A stretch of 64,000 nucleotides of DNA, taken from assembly GCF_009914755.1 (NCBI RefSeq), contig NC_060926.1. One strand, 5' to 3'. Shown here piece after piece: positions 1 through 13,878 of the stretch; the first letter of the stretch is position 1, and each line of letters opens with the position of its first letter. The notes under the pieces are model-generated. The model saw nothing but the letters and a program-made list of their open reading frames with translations, searched no databases and was not told the DNA's origin. The stretch is from the human T2T-CHM13v2.0 reference genome, Homo sapiens. The position numbers and the translations under genes are program-made.

Positions 1-1699
1 AGGCTTTTCCTATAGCTTTAAAGCCCTTACATGATGAGGATGTAAAACATCGCTATGCTTGTGGTAGATTTTTTTTTGCCATATTTTATTTTATTATTGT
101 TTAAGGTGTTCTGTTTATAATATCTAAGGAAATATATTTTTAGGACAGAAGTCAAATTCCCTGAAGGCATGGAAATATAGCACTTCCCACCAGAAATACA
201 TTCTTTTGGTATTAGCACAGAGCTTTTAAAACAATAAACATGAGATTCACATCAGAATTGTCTCTCTCATTTTTTTTTAAGTGAGGCGCAATTCTCGGCC
301 CATAACAATAGCAAAGTCTATAATTTTCATCTTTTAAGTCTATAGCTTTTTAAAAAATAATGCAAAGTATCTAAAGAAGAATGCAAAAATCACTTTAAAA
401 GTTATGTTTTCCATCTCTTCTCTCCATGAAGCAGAAATCACTGTGAAATGGAAGGCATCATGAAGTTAGAACATTCTTTCATGAGGGAGTATTACTGTTC
501 CAGAAGAGCCTAACAAGATATAACTGGAGGGATGGAGTCTTTCCAAAAATTGGCAAAAATGAATAAAAGCTTTAGTCTGAATCCCATGAAGCAGATGGAT
601 TAATGCTTCTTAGAACTGGGAGCTTAAAATTTGGATTTTTAAGCATCACTAATTTTTCTTTTATGAACCCTGTCCCATTTTAACTCTTTAGGATTGTAAG
701 TCTATGTATGCATTCTCCTCTTTTTTTTGATATCCTGAATACTTACATGCCTCCTTCCCTCCGTCAACCATGGAGCTTGCCTCTGTGCTCCCCAGCTGGC
801 ACCTGGTCAGCAGGGGCCGCCATGGTTTTACTGTTCATACTTTTAATGTTAAGCTATGGCCTAACCAGCTCCTGTATGCCATACACCTGGCCCAGATCCT
901 CCATGCAGGTGACCTAATATCACATTTGCCTTCCTACAAAAAGGAAAATAAAATAAACCATGTATAACATCTCACTGAGATATAACTACTGCTAACATTC
1001 TGCTGCCCTTCCCTCCAACATTTCTTCCTTCCATGCTATGTATAAATATTATACATGCTACTGTTTTCCACTGGTTCATTTGAAATTACATTGTCATTAT
1101 TTTCCCAAACTGTAATTTTTAGTGGGTATAGGAAAATTAATTGAACTATCCTCAACAATAGGTAGAAATTTAGGATGCTTTCTATTTTTCCCTACTTTTG
1201 GTAGCATTGACAGAACAACCTAGCATTCATGGCTTTGATTGCAATCCAGTTACTTTCTTAGGGCAAATTCCTAGAGGTTCCAACGTTGTCTTATGTGGAT
1301 ATATAACCCCCTTAGCATACAGATTAAAAACAATACGAAAGAAATCAAAGCATGTTTGTTTGTTTAGAAATGTTTACATTGAGAAGAATGTTTTGGTACA
1401 TACCAATATTTTACCTTGTGTTTTATAGGATGTGTATGCATATTTCCAATTTCTAAAAGTCATGATTATGACCTAATTTTGCATAACAGGAATTTGAGGA
1501 GCAGAGGAAAGGGGAAAACATTAACACAGTTTCTAATACAAATGCCAAGAGGCTCCAACTAGAGAATTATTTTCACCAGAGTTTCTAACCCTTGACTTCT
1601 AGGCCTTTCTACTCTAGGAGAAGTGACAAGATTATCCCCAGTCTGAAAACTAAGGAAGAAAATCCTGTTTAGCTGAGAGGAGAGGAGAGGCTGGCAGGG

Positions 1700-2035
1700 G
1701 GGCTGATGCAGGAGGTGATAGGGCTCCCGGTGATAAGAGGTGAGAAGAACAGTCTCTGTGTGCCTAGAGAAGAGATTACCAGAAGTCTGCTATCTGTTTG
1801 TTCGCGGATGTCGGACAGGCAGGATCGGTGATGGCAGGTCTTGGGGGAAGGATTATCAGGAGCTAAAAGCTGTCTTCACCTTGGCTGCTAAGAACTCATC
1901 TCGGATCTTCTTAGAATTCCAAATCGGACTTTTCTCCTAGCAGTGGCTACATCCTTAACCTCAAAAATACCCGTATTAGCAGATCTACCTCCATGAAATA
2001 GACAATTCTTGACAAACTAGTCCCAGCCTATCATG
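1700..2035. promoter_or_regulatory. GATA-rich, CpG-retaining candidate promoter/enhancer
   Basis: WGATAR at 1716-1721, 1731-1736, 1790-1795(-), 1853-1858(-), 2028-2033(-); 8 CpGs in 1728-1973 against CpG-poor flanks; no recognisable repeat. Confidence 0.55.
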
Positions 2036-3897
2036 TCCTGCTTCTCCCTGCTTCCCTCTCCCATCAGTGCACTTGACTCTGTTCTGTGTTTCCTGGTTGG
2101 AGCAGTCATGGCGCTTCATGTTTCTAGGCCTGTGCTTAATGCTATTCCCTCTGCCTGGAGGGCCTTTCTTCCATTTGGCTTGCTGGAATCTCTGCCTTAC
2201 TCCTAAACTCCTGAATCATTTTCCTTCCTAGCTCCATAGAAATAATTGCTCTCATCTTGTTCTTCATCAGAAGAATTGATGCTGGGGATATGCTTCCACT
2301 ACAGCAATATTTCACTGCAGCATAGGTTGTGACGTTGTCTTTCCCATGAGTCTGGACTCCTTGAGGGCAAGATCTGTACCTTAAAATGATCCTTATAATT
2401 TTAGGTTCTCGATTAAGTCTCTGACAACATGGATAGCAATAAATATGTTTTTACTGAGGCAAAGAAAGGAGAACACATGAAAAAAAAGGGGGAGAAGGAA
2501 AAAAGAGAGAGAGGAAAAGATAAATGCCAATAAAATGTTTACTAGATTGAATTTAAGCGGCAGTTTATGTTAAAAGTGTAAGTACAAGTATGTTTGGATT
2601 TGGTGTCTAAGACCTGGAGCTGTATGAACGTGTGAAAAATCTCTCAAACTGAAGATTAATTTAACTCTCTGGAACATGGCCAAGAAGAGTTTGAAGGAAG
2701 TAAAAAAAGGCCTATGAAGAACATGCATAAATATATGAAACTCATGCACGAAATCCTCTGAACAGGAGGGTTTTCCTACTTGTCAAGACCTCTCTCAGAG
2801 AGGGCTTTTTCTCTGTTGTTTATGTATTTGTCTTCTGCCCTGAGAAGTTAAGTGTATTTCCAAGAGCATATATATTTCTTTTCTTAAGCATTAAACGTTA
2901 TATGAATCATTTGCATAAAGGGGGTTACATTTCATTTAGGAAATGGCATTTCAATTCCCAGAAGTACTAGTATGTGGAGATTAAAATTCAACTGCAATGC
3001 AGTGCACTGCTCTACCACATACCACGTGGGGCGTGCCGGTCTCCCAAAAGCCATCTGCAAATGTGTGAATTAAGAACAATGGGATGTTTATGACTCCTTA
3101 CCAACCTCCTGTGAAAGTGAAGTGGAGATTTGTTTTCACAAAAATCCAGTAGAAAATGTCAAATTTGTAGGTGATGGAAGGGAACTTCATTCCATAAAGT
3201 CACTTTGAATTGAAACTAGACCTCCAGTCGGAACGTCTGAGCAGACTCCTGATCGCATCTTAGCTGAGTTCTACCGAGGATCATGCTCCCCCATGCAGCC
3301 ATCCTTCGTTTTCTCTACTATTATCTATTGTTCATGTGTCTTTTCAGAGGTGTTTTAGTCTAATACAGGGAAATACACATATGTGTGTACATATGTGTGT
3401 GTACATATACATATATGTATAATACTATATATTATATTTATGTCACATATATTTATACATACAGTACACTTGTTCTACATGTGCACCCTCCTCCATGATT
3501 TTTGTCTCCTTTTTGATATAAATGGTAAATATCACATCCACTGTTCTGCAACTTGCCGAAGTGCCATGGTTCACTTAACAATATACCTCTGAGAACATTC
3601 CATATCATTATGTAATAAACTAAGTCATTCTCTGTTACAGATGCAGAGCATTTTAGTGTGTGCGATCTTCACTTCACTAGTCCTATATTGAGGTCCATTC
3701 ATGTGGTTTCTAATCTTTTGTTATCATAAGCAATGCTGCGGTGAATAGCTCTAAATATACTTCATCCTGCATAGTTGGTTTTGTTTAGTTTTAAAATACG
3801 TTTGTAGAGGAGAAATTGTCGAATCAAAGTCTAAGTGTGTTTATAATTTTCTTTTCTGGAATACTTTTTATATCATTTACTCTTTGACTAGCTGATA

Positions 3898-3981
3898 CAT
3901 GTATGTGCTACACAATTCAAAAGGAACAAAAGGATAAATCCATGTCTGTGGTACACAATTCAAAAGGAACAAAAGGATAAA
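3898..3981. repeat. ~43-bp tandem duplication
   Basis: catgtatgtgctacacaattcaaaaggaacaaaaggataaa followed by catgtctgtggtacacaattcaaaaggaacaaaaggataaa. Confidence 0.9.
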
Positions 3982-4232
3982 GAGTGAGAATGAATCTCCC
4001 TCGTTTTCCTGGAGGAACCAGTTCCTCTTTCTTTTTTATTTTTACATTTTAATTATTTATACCTTATGTATGTTTGTTTCTGAGGATATTCAATGTATGC
4101 ATAAGTAAGCAGTGTGTCTGTACACATACATACATGCAGATATATGAATACGTATGCATGCATATGTAAGTATGCACACGCACATTTGTGGGAGTGTGAA
4201 TACAAGCATATAAGCTTATACATGCATGCATA

Positions 4233-4237
<5 letters not shown>

Positions 4238-4268
<31 letters not shown>
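4238..4268. repeat. (TG)n microsatellite
   Basis: direct. Confidence 0.95.
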
Positions 4269-4275
<7 letters not shown>

Positions 4276-4429
4276 CGTTTCAATGTATGAGTTCAGAAAG
4301 CTGTTAGCCAGATACTGGTTAATAGATTGGCATCAGACATCTGTTTACTCACTGATCTTTGAAACATGCTTCCTTATTGGCTCATGACTCAGTCTCAGTT
4401 ATAGGTGATGATACTTGGGCTTGTGATTG

Positions 4430-4720
4430 TGTAAAATATGGGAAGCCTCACATATTATTGTTTGGGTGATGATTTGACAACGTGTGTCAAATTTTAAAAG
4501 GCACTTAGCTTTTGGTTTAGTAATGCCACAGTTAGGGAATTTACCTAACATGGATTTTTGCATATGTTCACCAAGATCAGTGTAAATATTTGAAGCAACA
4601 TTTTTGTCAAATGTAAACAGCAAAAAACACAAAGCCTGGCAAAAATTAATGAGCTTTTCAATGTTAGACTGCTTCAATCAATTATGGTATATCCTTAAAT
4701 GCTGTGAATTGTCTATAGAA
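4430..4720 (+). mobile_element. old L1M(E) 3' fragment
   Basis: degenerate ORF2-end/3'UTR-like words (tttgacaac..tcaaattttaaa, gggaatttacc, gcaacatttttg). Confidence 0.5.
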
Positions 4721-4923
4721 AACAAACACAATGTAACAATACCAAAAGAGCTCCAAAAAAATTCTAGGATTAAAAAAGGCAAGATGTAGAATGTGTAGTA
4801 GGAATTTGTTGTGAAAATGAAAAAGAAGCTATATGCACATATGTAACTTTTATGGTGGTGGCCTTTGAGAAGAGCAAAGAGTGGGTATGGAAAGACCTTA
4901 CTTTTCATATAGCACTTTCTGTA

Positions 4924-4958
<35 letters not shown>

Positions 4959-5125
4959 CACACACACATATATATACATATATACATATATATACACATA
5001 TATATACATATATACATATATATACACATATATATACATATATACATATATATACACATATATATACATATATACATATATACACACATATATACATATA
5101 TATACACATATATACACACACACAT
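4924..5125. repeat. compound (CT)n/(TA)n/(CA)n repeat with a 30-bp higher-order unit
   Basis: tatatacatatatacatatatatacacata repeated about 4x from 4971; source of the YICVYIC/YIYT ORFs. Confidence 0.9.
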
Positions 5126-5319
5126 ATTATTTTTAAAATGTATCAGTAGATGTCAATGGTAATATATCTTGGAAGGGAGCTAATGAGCTGTTTTCTTTTG
5201 TCTTTGCTTTTACTCCTCCATATTAAAATATGTATATTTAAGATGAAAACAAAAGAATCATAAATGTAAGAGAAGAAAACAATTACCCAAACTTAAAGAT
5301 GTAGTGTGGCTTTTAGCCA

Positions 5320-5450
5320 AACAGTGGTGTTTATGTCCTTCTCTGGATTGGTTTCACCAGAACCGCATTGGAAGCTACATAGAAATGCAGATTTTAAGGA
5401 TCAGTCCCTGGAGATTCTGATTCAAGAGGGCTAAGGCAGAAGTCAAGGTA
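5320..5450. mobile_element. MER5-like hAT-Charlie MITE fragment
   Basis: aaatgcagatt...cctggagattctgattca core typical of MER5. Confidence 0.5.
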
Positions 5451-5639
5451 CATCAAGGAAATGAATAGCAGCAACAAAAAAATGTTGGTGCCTAGTTTCA
5501 TGCGGGAACCACTAGCCAGGTCAAATGCTGTGGCTCAATTTCTTCATTAAGTAATTCTCAGATTTGGAGTTGGGATGCCAAGTTACTACGCCTTCTCCTA
5601 TATAACCAACTCATTGTTATCATTTTGATATATTTGTGG

Positions 5640-5855
5640 GATAGTATAGTGTAGTAGAAAACATCGGGCCTTTGAAGCCAGAAGTAACTGGGTTTGAATT
5701 TTGACCCTAAAAGATGCTCACTGAGTAACAGTAAGAAATTATCCAACTTCTCTGACCTAACAAGTTTAGAATAAGAATCAGAGATACTACATATAAAAAT
5801 TTAACAAAATATGTGGGATATAGTAGTGTTCAGTAGTGATAGCTATTATTATTTC
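5640..5855 (+). mobile_element. MIR SINE
   Basis: tagtgtagtagaaa...ctgggtttgaatt...tagctattattatt. Confidence 0.55.
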
Positions 5856-8800
5856 TAGAGGCAGAAAAAATACATGTGTATCTTTTTTCTTATTTTATAT
5901 GCTAGCATATAACAGGTGTTGGCAGTAAAATTATCTGTGTTTAAAATACACTAAGTACAAAAGCACTGGAAGAGCCACAATTTAGGGCAAAGCAGGGGCT
6001 CTTATGCAGTCCTACTCTTATACAATAGCTTTCAGAAAGCTACCTATCAGGGCTCTCAGAGGACTTTTAATCACTCTCATCTCAAATGCAGTGTGATTTC
6101 ATCCCAGATTAGAGCAGCAACTGAAATCCCAGGGAGTGGGAAATTGGTAATCAATCACAGCATCTAGAATTTAGAGAGGAAAAAGTAATATTCAACATCA
6201 TTTTGTTCACCTCCTGCCCAGATGTTGAGTTCCCTGGGGCATTCAGGCATATTTTAAAGACTTGCTTTTAAATACTCCAAGGGTGTCGTGATACTGAGTA
6301 GAGACAGTTAAGAGTTGGAAGATACCTCAGGGACTACCTCCTTATTAGTTTATTCATTAATTTATGCATCCAGCACACATAACTCTAGCCCTCCATGATT
6401 TAGCATTTATCGTGAACTAGGAATTATGGGAATCACTTTCCATCTATAATTTCCAATCCTTCAGCCACCCATCAAGAGAGGTGTGGTTGCCACATCTTAA
6501 ATTTGAAAAACTGCAATTCGGAGAGTTGAAGGAGCCTACCTGAGGTGATGCCATTCACTAGGGGTGGAGCTGGCGTTGGGAGCCATGTTTGTCTGGATAC
6601 AGAAGCCGTAATCTCTAACTCACTCTACCTAGAGTACTCTCTAAGTACACTACATGCCGGACAGCTGTGCAATGAGCCTCTGCCCACCGAGTAGCACAGC
6701 GATGTGGCGGGTGACCTTGTGGCCAGGAAGGACAAGTGGCTGGCTCAGGAGAGGTTCCTCTAGTTCTGCTACTTGAAAACTGAGTGACTTGGGCCCACCT
6801 CTCAGTCGAGCTGCCCTGGTTTTAGGGTTTCAAATGAAATAGAAGTCCAGTAGAAGGGAAAAGATTACTGAGAGCTTGGGATGGGAGGGGCTTGTATTCT
6901 TCCTGGTCCCTTTTGCTCTAATCTCTTTTCTCTCGAGTCAAGTTAAGGTTATTTCACTGTCTCATATTGCCGTTCCTGTTTCACAGTGCATTGTCTGAGA
7001 TGTGAAGTACGCCTTTGTTTTTCTTCTGAATTTTTTCCCTTCAAAATAGCATGCACATCAGATATTATATGAATGTGTGGTAGCGTTGACAGGCTGTTTT
7101 CTGGTCCCCTTTCCTTATTAGAAATTTAGTTCTCTATGTTCTATACTCAGCTCCTTGCTGAACTTATACGTTTTTTCCCCATAAATCCTATACATTCTCT
7201 TTCAGGGCCATTAAGTCCCATAAAGGCGATGATTCGGGGAGACCCACTTTCCTGGGCAGCTAAGCCATGCTAAGGGATGAATGGAGAAGCATAGGTGGAT
7301 GGAGCCGCATGGACCACTTGCTCTCAGAGGGTCTTGGACTCTAAGTGAAGGCATGTGTGCCTTATGGAGTAAAGCACAGCTCTGCTAGAGGGTTCCACAC
7401 AGAGGAGAGGCTGCATCAGCTTTAGAAAGTTCCCTCTGGTGACTGTTAGAAGATGCGTAGAGACCATCTTCTACTTGTTGAAATGATATTATAACCATGG
7501 TACCATATCCCTTCCTGTCTCTTGGCAAACTACATGGCCTTGCAATTACTATTAAAAAGCAAGAAGACTCTTCAAGTATTTTGTAGACCATCAACAAAAT
7601 GATTAAAAGGTCAAATGTAAGGCTCGGTTCAGGTTCAAGTTCAAGGTGGGTAGTAGGTTTTCAAAGGTGAGGTTTTCTAAGCAGGGAACTATCAGCTATT
7701 ACAAAGGAGGCTTATGTTTTTGGAAACCAGAGTTTTGATTTGTACATATTTATTTTCATTGCTACCTCCCTCCCTCTCCCCAGCAGCGCCCAATGTCTAC
7801 CACCACTGCCCTCACTTCCATCTTCTTCCAAGCTATGGGCCCTGAACCCTCAGGGAGGAGGAGACCAGTCTGCCTCACCTTGGCCTCTGAAAGTCAAACA
7901 GCAGGCTCCTGTCTCCATGTTTAATGAGGAAAGCCCCAAGTCAGGAAGACTGGTGCCGAGGTTTTATGGAGGCTCTGGGCCAAATGGCTTAGCCAGGAAT
8001 TCAACCAGCACTGCCCTCTGTCCCCTGGGAGCTGCAAAATGCAAACAGCGCTGGTAAAATGGGAGAGCACTTTCCCAAGCAGGAGACTGGAGCTTTTAAT
8101 GAGCTGAAGTGAGCCTGCCACTGTCTTCCCCCGGTCCTCTAGTCTGGCTAATTAGATTCCCGGCTGCACAGAGTCCTTTGATGGCCCAGAGACACCACAC
8201 AGGGTGGAAGCTCAGGGGGTCAGCAGCCCTGGATTGAGTTGACAGTAAGGAGTAAGCCACACGATGGGATTTCAGGCATTTTGGAATATTTCTCTTCCTT
8301 TTCACCCTCTCCCCATTCTTCTTTCCTCCAAGTCATGCCTCAAATTCCACTAATGACAGTTTTTAATTTTTCAAAGAAAGATGTAATGGCCAAAAGAGGC
8401 ATGTGCATTTCCCTGAAGAAAGATATGATATACTCTCAGTTGTGTCATTCATGCATTCATTCTTTCTTTTATTTTTTTCTTTTTCATAGACCTAGTGAGT
8501 TTCTAGGCTAGAGATTGAGATACAGGGATGGCTTTGTTTTATATTTAAGAAAGAGAGGTAACCAAGTACTTAAAAAAAAAATCACCAAATAATTAGGAAA
8601 GTGACCACAAGAACATTGCAGATAGAACATAGTAGTTAATGAAAGTTGGGTGTAAAATATTATAGGAGAAACTGGACTGAGTTTTATAATTTCTTTAATG
8701 TTAAAACACAAACAAAAATATCAAAATAAATGAGAATTGATGAGTTGAAAGGATGGAAAGGACATTTTGGAAAGTTGAAACAACATGAGCAAAAAAGAAA

Positions 8801-9004
8801 TGCTTGAAAATGACAAGGAAGTCCAAGTGGTTCTGCATGATGAATGTATGAACTCTGACCTGAAGGCCCCCCTCAGCAGTCAAGAGTCTGTCTCCATGTC
8901 TTCAATGTGCTTGAGCAGGTAACAGGAGGAAGGGCCTCTTTACTCTCAGCTCTGACAGCCATCCATGGCTAGAGGTACTTGATATAATTTTCAAAATGTG
9001 GGTC

Positions 9005-9420
9005 TGTGGTAGACTGAATATTTGTGTCCCTCCCAAATTCATATGTTGAAGTCTTAACCCCCAGTGGGGCTGTGTTTGGAGATGAGGCCGATAAGGAAAT
9101 CAATGAAGTTAAATGAGGTCATAAAAGTACGGCCCTGATCTGATAAGGATTAGTGTTCTCATAAGAGGAGATACCACAGAGCTTCCTCTCTCCCTCTCTC
9201 TCCATGCACACACCAAGGAAAAGTCATACGAGGACACAGTGAGAAGGCGCTGTCTGCAAACCAGGAACAGAGACCTCACCAGAAATGCAATCAGATGAAA
9301 ATTTATCTTGGACTTTTCATCCTTCAGAACTGTGTGAAGATAAATTTCTGTTGTTTACAGTGGCACAGTCTATTTATTTGTTTGTTTGCTTTTGTTATAG
9401 CGCCTGAATTGACTTATACA
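9005..9420 (+). mobile_element. MLT1A-like MaLR solo LTR
   Basis: TG...CA ends, tgtggtagactgaatatttgtgtccctcccaaattcatatgttgaa start, aaatttctgttgttt; 5-bp TSD gggtc/gggcc. Confidence 0.85.
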
Positions 9421-9519
9421 GGGCCCCAGGAGCCACTGAGATGGTCGTTTTGCCTTTACTTTTGCTCGCAGAGGCATGCATTCTTTGTAGGAAAAATCAC
9501 CTCCTTTTAATTGTTGTTC

Positions 9520-9890
9520 TTCCCAGGGATTTCCTGCCTTTCCTTTAAGATGAATGGGTATCCCTTTCCTTTGTTATGAGATTCCTATTGGAAGATAATT
9601 CTTTTCCTTGTGCTTAACGTCAGGCTTGGTCAGGTGACATAATCTGGCTAATAGATGATGAGAGAAAGCAGCTGTAAGAATCACTGCCATGAGAATAACA
9701 TGTTTCAGGCAGAAGCTGCTGCTTTAACCCAGATCCCAGCATAAAGAAGATGCATGAAACTAAGTCATAACTGCTGCAGTCAGCACTCAGTGACCGCAGC
9801 TGATATAAAATGTAAGAGAAGCCATAAACCTTTGTTGGTCTTGGGGTTGTTTGTTACTACAGCATAATGAAGAGAATGCTGACTCATACT
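9520..9890 (+). mobile_element. old MLT1 (I/J/K-like) LTR fragment
   Basis: 3' end ataaacctttgttg...ggggttgtttgttactacagcata...gctgactcatac. Confidence 0.5.
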
Positions 9891-10238
9891 ATCAGCATAA
9901 ACTGTGATTCTGATGACACACATTATATAGCTTCCTATTCCTTTCTTTGTCTCTCATATTTAGACTATCAGGCTTTCCCCATACCACCTCCATCTGCCCT
10001 TTTTCATAAGGATAGATTTTTTTTTTTTTCTTAACTGTCAGTACTAAGCTCAGGCCTCCATTTCACCAGGCGTCTTCTCCCAGGGCTTTGTAGGACAAAC
10101 CCATTGTTGATGTCCCTAATGTCCTGTGCACAGCTTCATCACTGCATTCACCAAGAAAAACAGAAAGAACCTGCCTCTGCCTCTGTCTCCTCAGCCAGAC
10201 TTAAAGGGCAGAAATCTTGTGTGATTCATTACTCTTCA

Positions 10239-10583
<345 letters not shown>

Positions 10584-12479
10584 AGCCATCTCTGTGTCAC
10601 AGAAAGTTCAGTCCCTAGAATTTCTGTTCTAGTAGATCCAGTCTGTTCAGACACCTATTTGGCTTAAGAGCCCCATTCTGTGTGGATTAAGGAAGGCTGT
10701 GCCCAACGTTATCATAGTGAGATCAGGGAGTAGAACCATGAATGTAAAGGAAGGAAATTCAATGCGCTGGCTACCTATCAAAGTCATAAACAAGTTTGAT
10801 TAACAAGATGAACACGTCCTCCACTGCACAGATGGTGCCACATCTCCCGCTCAGCAAGGCTGACCTGAGGGATTTCCAGGTGTTTGTGTCAAGGCAAAGA
10901 GGGGCAAGAGAGAAAGATCAGGAACAAGTTGGCAAACGTGCAGTTCTCCAGCCCACAGACTGCCTCAGTTTCCTACCCAAATGTGCTCATACATGCACAC
11001 TTGTCACAAATCAAAAGATTGCCTGGGTAAAGATGAAATAATCTAAATGGCTATACTAAAATCAGCACAGATGAAGTGTTGTGCCTAGCACAACATATAT
11101 ACTCAGTACACGTGGTTTAATTTTTGAATCTGATTTTAATTCAGTCTAATAATAAAAAGACTAGCAAAATGATGCTATTTGGAAACAAATGATAATTAGA
11201 TTGAAATTTGTATTTAATTCCTCAGAAGTATTTGGGCTTTGAAGAAAAAAAGTATTTAAAAAATACTTGTGTACTTTTCCTGTGTATATTGCTGTGCTAA
11301 ATTTGAGAAAATAGAGATAAAAAGATAAATTTACCTTCTTCAAGTACCTTTGAGTCAGATGAGGGAAACAAATCTCAAAACAAATGCATTCAAACATTCG
11401 TTAGAGTTGCTGTCATAGGCTTTTCTAAAGGGAACAATGGAAGTACAAAGAGGGAGTCATCAATGTTAACTTGATAGGTCGGGAAAGTCTCAAAGAGATA
11501 ATAAATGGTATGAGTTTTGAAGGATAAGTTAGTGCTCGATGGTGAATATCAGCACACATACTCATAAGACTGATTTGTGGTATAATATGCATGGACTGTA
11601 GTTGTAATAAAGAAAAACATCTCCAAACAAATGAATTTCTCTGGGGATGTGGAGAAATTATGCCAGAGAAAATATCAGATATGTAACACTTGATTCAATG
11701 TAATTGATTCATTAAACAAAGAATCTTACTGACATCTTCTGATTTCATGGTTTCAGCTTAGATTTGGATATTGGTGAACGAAAAGAGCTTCATTATAACA
11801 TCACAGACAATAACTTCCCATGTGTCTCCTAGCTTAGTGATTCAACTTAGCTTAATGGAAAGAGAAATGGACTTGGTATTTGAAATACTTGATATGTATC
11901 CTTTCCTGATTGTGTTTCACTGGGGAAATACCTGGGACTTAGTTTTTCATCTGTGAAATGGGAAGAAAAGTAACAAAAAATTATTAGTATAATATAAAAA
12001 TAATAACAAAATAAGGTGGTAGCCACATAATAGTCTATAAGATGGCATAGTGACTTACCATATTAATAAAGCCTATTAAGAATCTAATGACTATTGCTAT
12101 TTCCAAAAATGAAATTCACAAGTTATTTAAAAACTATGAAAATTTACTGTTCCTTATGAACACTCAAAACACTTTTTCTAGAGTCTGACAGTAAATTAAA
12201 AATAAAGTTTTTAATGGCAAAACGGACCACGCCATGCTGTCATCTTGTCTTCCTCTTTACTAATTCCTTACTATGTAGATAAAAAGAATGGATTAAAGAA
12301 CATTTGGAAATAAAGTACATTCTCTTTTGTATTATGTGGCCTCAAATAAATATATATATTTTTAAAAAGCCCAAGAAGTGTGCAAAATATTCTCACTTTG
12401 GTATTAGATTTAACTTCCAGAATCCAAATACATTTTCATTCTCCTACTCAAAGTCCTTGTGCAGCTTTCCATGTCACAA

Positions 12480-12800
12480 ACAGGTAAACTCAGGCCTTTA
12501 CAGGTGTTCTTTGGCAGTGATAGAGTATTCCTCCCTGTCCAAACTGTGGTTCTGGAAGGGCCAGCTGGTGAGCAACCAGTCCGCAGCACTTGTTGTGAGT
12601 TCAGTAGTTGGCTGAGCCCCTGGGTTTGCTCTGATGTTGGCTGGCTGGGTACCCCAATGACTCCTGCTTAGGTGGTCACAAGATGCATCTTCCGGCCAGG
12701 TAATTCTTCAATTTAGGATCTGTAGTGGATCAAGGCTGCAGGCTGGTCTCCGCAGTTACGCAGCGTCATTGCTCAAGCCACGTGGGACCAGAGACCATGC
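12480..12800. promoter_or_regulatory. candidate haematopoietic/myeloid enhancer module
   Basis: CAGGTG 12501, TGATAG 12518, RUNX TGTGGTT 12545, CAGCTG 12562, ETS CTTCCGG 12689, MYB CAGTTA 12753, CEBP-like TTACGCAG 12756 and TTGCTCAA 12769, CACGTG 12779. Confidence 0.5.
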
Positions 12801-13558
12801 TCCTTCAAAATACACAATTGAGGATTGCCTCCCTGTCTGTGTGGAGCCAGGGGGTGGGCTCTTGGCTGAGTTCAGTGGCTGCTTGACCTCTTGGATAAAG
12901 CAGGTCTTGCCCCTGTGCTTCTCCAAAATCTGCAGAGGTAGGAGTCTTCCTGCCTGGGCAGGGTTGCTGTGTGCTTTCTGGCTCAATTCTCGTGGTTTGA
13001 CACATAGCTGAAATGTTAGCCAAATAAAGAATTCAGCAGTGTATGGTCTTTGAAGAACCAGAAGAATGCCTCATACAAAAGGGCTCCCTTCAGGTATTTA
13101 TTTTAGGTTAACATTCATGATATATCCTAGGGCCTTAACTACATTGGTTTGTATGTGGGTTGTTTTGTGTGTGAATGTGTGAGATACATTTATATCTATT
13201 TCTAGAAAGATAAATATACATGACTCAATAGTATAAACTAATGTGTATGTGCATTTGAGGGGAGCAACTGATATTTAAGAGAAATAATTACAAAACATTT
13301 AAGATTGATTAGGTTACACTGAGTTGCAATATGGTTAAACAACACATAGTTTATGTCTTTAAATGACATTGTTTTATTTTGATAACTCATATGTGGGGGG
13401 AATATTTTGTTATGTTACTAACCATTGTGGTCCTTTTTCAAGAATATGTCCCATTAGCCTATTGACCTCCTGCATCTAGGAAGCCAATTCTATTCCAGCA
13501 GAATGCAGAGAGAAAAAGATCTAGGTGACCTAGGGACAAAAGAAAAGATTCAGAATGG

Positions 13559-13878
<320 letters not shown>

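Noticed and set aside
4678-5162. Overlapping ORFs up to 147 aa
   Set aside because: Translations of a TA/CA microsatellite
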